In this document: positions 57,935 to 61,186 of the stretch, piece by piece
How positions within the stretch are numbered: the first letter of the stretch is position 1
Layout: each line of letters begins with the position of its first letter
DNA from: a virus
IMG/VR virus record: IMGVR_UViG_3300049347_000001
Coordinates: 1 to 61,186 of that record
DNA: 61,186 nucleotides
Reading direction: 5' to 3' (one strand)
Notes under the pieces: model-generated
What the model was told of the DNA's origin: nothing
The model's database searches: none
What the model saw: the letters and a program-made list of their open reading frames with translations, nothing else
Position numbers and translations under genes: made by a program

Positions 57935-58177
57935 TCACGGGGCAGGCGGGGCGGCGTTGATGGCGCGGGCGGCGCCCAGTGCCGGGGCCAGCCAGTGCGC
58001 CGTCTGGTCGACTTCCACGCCGTGCCGGGTGACGGCGTCGCAGGTTTCCGCCGTGGTGCGCAGCAGGTACGCGTAGCAGGCGTCGAGGTCGGGGTACTGG
58101 CCGGTGAGCGTCGGCGGGGTGGTCGAGGGCGGGGAGAGTTTGTCGGCGGCGGTGCGGAGTTCGTCGGCGGGTGTCAT
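57935..58177 (-). CDS. Hypothetical protein, 80 aa
   Basis: Track ORF 57935..58864 trimmed to ATG 58177 (GAGGAG RBS). Confidence 0.5.
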   Translation of the reverse strand: MTPADELRTAADKLSPPSTTPPTLTGQYPDLDACYAYLLRTTAETCDAVTRHGVEVDQTAHWLAPALGAARAINAAPPAP

Positions 58178-58260
58178 GTCCGCTCCTCGGGCGAGACGGT
58201 CCGTCTCGTGTTGTGATGGGCGTCTGTGTGTCGGGGTGTGGGCGGGGCTCGCGGTAGTGA

Positions 58261-58518
58261 TCACGGGCGGGCGGGGGTGTCGTCGGGGGCGGCGTCGGCG
58301 TCGGCCGTGAGGAACTCCTGCAGCGCTGTGTCGCCGCGTCCGGACTCGGCGTTCTGCTTGGCGAGCTGGGCGATCAGGTACTTGCGCTGCGTCTGGAGGC
58401 GGCCGATCTCGGCGACGAGGGCCAGGACGGCTTTCGGGTCGACCTTGTCGCCGATGTGGTCTGCGGTTGCGGCGAGGACCGCGTATTCGTCGATCTGCTG
58501 GACGGTGAGCTGGGTCAT
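58261..58518 (-). CDS. Hypothetical protein, 85 aa
   Basis: ATG 58518 with GGAGAC RBS; helical (LALVAEIGRLQTQRKYLIAQLAKQ). Confidence 0.55.
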   Translation of the reverse strand: MTQLTVQQIDEYAVLAATADHIGDKVDPKAVLALVAEIGRLQTQRKYLIAQLAKQNAESGRGDTALQEFLTADADAAPDDTPARP

Positions 58519-58548
58519 GGTGTCTCCGGTGTGGTGGGTGGACGGCGG

Positions 58549-58764
58549 TCAGGCGGGGGTGGGGCGCTCTGTCGCGTAGCAGCGGCATGGGCTGGCTGGC
58601 TCGCAGTTGTGGAAGACGCCGCGCTTTGCCGCCCAGTCCATGGGCAGCTCTCCGGATTGCTGGCGTTGCCCGCAGCGGCAGTAGGTGCGGTTCAGGGAGG
58701 AGTTGAAGGTGACGAAGGGGTGTCCCCTTGCCGCGCACCATTCCTTGGTCGCTTCGCTGGTCAC
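58549..58764 (-). CDS. Cys-rich small protein, 71 aa
   Basis: GTG 58764 with GAAAGG RBS; CRCGQ..CEPASPCRC. Confidence 0.5.
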   Translation of the reverse strand: MTSEATKEWCAARGHPFVTFNSSLNRTYCRCGQRQQSGELPMDWAAKRGVFHNCEPASPCRCYATERPTPA

Positions 58765-58818
58765 GGTGTGGCCTTTCGGGTCGCGGTGTCAGGCGGCGGT
58801 GGGGGTGGGGTGGGTCGG

Positions 58819-59001
58819 TTAGGCGGCGGCCTCTTCGTCCTGCGCGGCCCAGCCGCAGATCCACGTGTCGCGGCAGGTGGGGCAGCGGTACGTGGCGAGG
58901 ACGGATCCAGGTCCGTTGGGGGTCACGGCGACGGGCGGTATGGCCGGGCTGTCGGCGGTGAGGCAGCGGTCGCAGGTGTCGAGGTAACGGGCGGCGCTCA
59001 T
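58819..59001 (-). CDS. Zinc-ribbon small protein, 60 aa
   Basis: Trimmed to ATG 59001 (GAGAGGAAAA RBS); CDRC...CPTC. Confidence 0.5.
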   Translation of the reverse strand: MSAARYLDTCDRCLTADSPAIPPVAVTPNGPGSVLATYRCPTCRDTWICGWAAQDEEAAA

Positions 59002-59017
59002 GGGGTTTTCCTCTCGG

Positions 59018-60397
59018 TCAGGTCTTGGCCATATCGACGAATCGGGCATAGTGCCCCTGGAAGGCGACGGTGATGGTGGCCGTGGGCCCGTTGCGGTGCT
59101 TGGCGACGATCAGGTCGGCCTCGCCGGCGCGCGGGGAGTCCTTCTCATAGGCGTCCTCGCGGTGAAGCAGGATCACGATGTCGGCGTCCTGCTCCAGGGA
59201 TCCGGACTCGCGCAGGTCGGACAGCAGCGGCTTCTTGTCCTGCCGCTGTTCGGGCCCGCGGTTCAGCTGGGACAGGGCGACGACCGGTACCTGCAGATCC
59301 ATGGCGAGGGTCTTGAGGCCACGGCTGATCCGGGAGACCTCCTGCTGCCGGTTGTCGTTGCGCCCGCCGCCCTCCCCGCCCATCAGCTGCAGGTAGTCGA
59401 TGACCACCAGGCCGAGGCCGTGCTGGCGCTGGACGCGACGGCAGTGGGATCGGATCTTCGCGAGGGTGACGCCGGTGTCGGCAACGATGAACAAGGGCGA
59501 CGCCTGCATGTCCTTGCCGGCCTCGACCAGCTTCATGATCTTGGCGTCGTCGAGCGGACCCTTGTGCTTCATCCAGTGCAGCGGATAGCGAGCCTGCGCG
59601 GACAGGAACCGCTTCTCGAGTTCCTTGCGGCCCATCTCCAGCGAGAAGAACAGCGTCGGAATGTCGTTGCGGATAGCGGTGTTGCGGGCGAAGTCTCCGG
59701 CGAGGACGGACTTGCCCATCGCGGGCCGGGCGGCGATGAGGACGAACTGGCCGGGCTGCAGGCCGCCGGTGAGGTCGTCGAAGTCGATGAAGCCGGTCTG
59801 CAGCCCCTCCTTGGGGCCGTTCTCCCGGATGTCGACGACCTCGGCGACGGTGTCCATGATGTCGGTGCCGACGGCCAGGTCGTCGTCGCGGCCGTCGGTG
59901 AGGCCGGTGAGTCCTTCGAGGGTGTCGTAGGCGTCCTGGACGATCTCGTCGGGGGTGCGCTCGCGGCCGTGGACGCTGTGGGCCATGCCGTTGGCGGCTT
60001 CGAGGATCTTCCGCAGTGCGGCTTTCTCCCGGACGATCTCGGCGTGGGTCTCGGCGTTGCCGACGGTGACGACGGCGTTGACGAGTTCGAACGGGTAGGT
60101 ATGGCCGCCGCAGCGGGTCAGCTCTCCGTCCCTCTCGAGCCGGTTGGTGAGGGCGATCGGGTCCCGTGCCTCGCCGGAGGCGTGAAGGTCGACGAGCGTG
60201 CGGTAGATCACCTCGTGGGCCGGCCGGTAGAAGTCGGCAGGCTCGAGGATCTCGATGACTTCTTCGGTGGCCCGGTCGGACAGGATCATCGCGCCGAGGA
60301 CGGACTTCTCGGCGGCCACGTCGACCGGCGGCAGCTCCTTGGCGAGCGGCTGCCCGTAGGGGTCGTCGGTGGGCGGCTCGTCGTAATCGTGGGTCAC
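59018..60397 (-). CDS. dnaB: Replicative DNA helicase DnaB, 459 aa
   Basis: Track ORF 59018..60577 trimmed to GTG 60397 (GGAGGA RBS; GTGA overlap). AEKSVLGAMIL.., Walker A ARPAMGKSVLAGDFA, LFFSLEM, VVIDYLQLM, SQLNRGPEQR, LRESGSLEQDADIV = full DnaB motif set. Confidence 0.9.
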   Translation of the reverse strand: MTHDYDEPPTDDPYGQPLAKELPPVDVAAEKSVLGAMILSDRATEEVIEILEPADFYRPAHEVIYRTLVDLHASGEARDPIALTNRLERDGELTRCGGHTYPFELVNAVVTVGNAETHAEIVREKAALRKILEAANGMAHSVHGRERTPDEIVQDAYDTLEGLTGLTDGRDDDLAVGTDIMDTVAEVVDIRENGPKEGLQTGFIDFDDLTGGLQPGQFVLIAARPAMGKSVLAGDFARNTAIRNDIPTLFFSLEMGRKELEKRFLSAQARYPLHWMKHKGPLDDAKIMKLVEAGKDMQASPLFIVADTGVTLAKIRSHCRRVQRQHGLGLVVIDYLQLMGGEGGGRNDNRQQEVSRISRGLKTLAMDLQVPVVALSQLNRGPEQRQDKKPLLSDLRESGSLEQDADIVILLHREDAYEKDSPRAGEADLIVAKHRNGPTATITVAFQGHYARFVDMAKT

Positions 60398-60981
60398 GCG
60401 TGGGTCCTCCTGTGGTCTGCGCCGGTGAATCTGGCGGCGGTGGAGCCGCCGTCGGCGAAGCGGGACATGGTTCGGGGGCCGAGCGGGTCGAGCGTGGGCA
60501 GGTTGGTGGAGATGAGGGTGGGGAGCTGGTTCTGCCAGCGGGCGTCGATCAGTTGGGCGATCGCGTCGACGGTCCACGGGTACAGCTGGGTGGCGCCGAG
60601 GTCGTCGAGGGCGAGCAGTGGCGCCTCGGCCCAGGTGCGGAGCTTTTCGCGGTCGACGGGCCGGTCCGCGGCGGCCTTGAACTCGAAGTCGCTGACGAGG
60701 TAGTAGCGGCCGAACCAGCCGCGGCGGATCAGCAGCTCACCGGTTTTCCACAGGTGCCAGGTCTTGCCGGTGCCGGGCTCTCCGAGGAGCAGCAGCGAGG
60801 CGTGGGATCCAGTGAGGTAGTTCTCGATCCACTGGCTGACTTCGGGGCGGACGGTGCCGTCGGCGACGAATGCTTTGGGCCGGCGGGCGAGGTAGCGGTC
60901 GAGGGTCTGGTCGCGGATCTCGGCGCGGGCGGCGGCCTGTTCGGCATCGTGGCGGGCTCGCCGCCCGTCGGGGGTGGTCAT
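60394..60981 (-). CDS. DnaC/IstB-like AAA+ ATPase (helicase-loader candidate), 195 aa
   Basis: Walker A LLLLGEPGTGKTW, Walker B LLALDDLG, LISTN; between the initiator and dnaB; ATG 60981 in ATGA overlap with the initiator stop. Confidence 0.8.
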   Translation of the reverse strand: MTTPDGRRARHDAEQAAARAEIRDQTLDRYLARRPKAFVADGTVRPEVSQWIENYLTGSHASLLLLGEPGTGKTWHLWKTGELLIRRGWFGRYYLVSDFEFKAAADRPVDREKLRTWAEAPLLALDDLGATQLYPWTVDAIAQLIDARWQNQLPTLISTNLPTLDPLGPRTMSRFADGGSTAARFTGADHRRTHA

Positions 60982-61186
60982 CAGAAGGGCCTCGAGTTCT
61001 CGTAGTCCTCTTTGGTGGGCACGGGCGCGGCGGCACCGGTGGCGGGGTGGGGGCGGTTCGGGGCGGTCCAGCCGCCGGCCACGGCGCGCAGCTGGGGTCC
61101 GGGCTGCGGGTCGGGCTCGTCGTCGTAGCAGCCCTTGTCGAGCCAGTTGGCCGGGTACTTCGTGTACTTGGGGTCCTGGCCGAAGC
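60981..61186 (-). CDS. Replication initiator-like protein, C-terminal part (continues from 1..917 across the junction)
   Basis: Own translation of the end: ..GGWTAPNRPHPATGAAAPVPTKEDYENSRPF*; TGA at 60983..60981. Confidence 0.7.
   Translation of the reverse strand, partial: FGQDPKYTKYPANWLDKGCYDDEPDPQPGPQLRAVAGGWTAPNRPHPATGAAAPVPTKEDYENSRPF
61060..61186. repeat. Right copy of the 127-nt exact terminal duplication
   Basis: Identical to nt 1-127. Confidence 0.95.

Larger units (their letters stand above)
1..61186. mobile_element. Complete circular temperate siphovirus-type actinophage / excised prophage genome (unit length 61,059 bp)
   Basis: Full packaging-head-tail-lysis operon, integrase plus attP-like gap, divergent repressor/cro pair, RecT/exonuclease, DnaB/DnaC-like module; identical 127-nt ends close the circle. 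Confidence 0.85.

Overview
The window is one complete, circularly closed, very GC-rich genome of a temperate siphovirus-type actinophage or excised prophage. Codon usage is Streptomyces-like, with G/C at almost every third position. Nt 1-127 are identical to nt 61060-61186, giving a unit length of 61,059 bp, and a replication-initiator gene stays in frame across that junction. Nearly all genes are on the minus strand.

Layout, following minus-strand transcription from the junction:
- Replication module: an initiator with an internal iteron/AT-rich ori-like region, a DnaC/IstB-like ATPase and DnaB.
- About 25 small, translationally coupled early genes, many with Cys4 clusters.
- A plus-strand island at 50.2-52.5 kb with an XRE-HTH fused to a degenerate Nudix domain, plus a canonical Nudix gene.
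- Small genes, then a DUF2637-like membrane protein, a secreted/membrane protein and an FtsK/SpoIIIE (TraB/TraSA-like) ATPase.
- A 223-bp gap carrying a dyad-symmetric TGAGCAG array.
- A roughly 26-kb late operon: collagen-like fibre, HNH, cos-like gap, TerS, TerL, portal, protease, capsid, connectors, major tail protein, -1 frameshifted chaperones, tape measure with an NlpC/P60 end, tail-tip proteins, endolysin and holin.
- An accessory island at 12.7-17.0 kb next to an attP-like gap. It holds a second tyrosine recombinase, a GntR gene with a perfect palindrome, XRE and HTH genes, and a 457-bp structured non-coding stretch.
- Integrase, a repressor/cro switch, an antirepressor and a RecT/YqaJ pair.

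I found no rRNA, tRNA or CRISPR array.

The ORF track uses the longest ATG/GTG/TTG ORF. Many starts were therefore trimmed using RBSs and ATGA/GTGA stop-start overlaps. Several ORFs shorter than 60 aa were added from my own translation.

All domain calls come from motifs read by eye and recalled family patterns. No searches were run.
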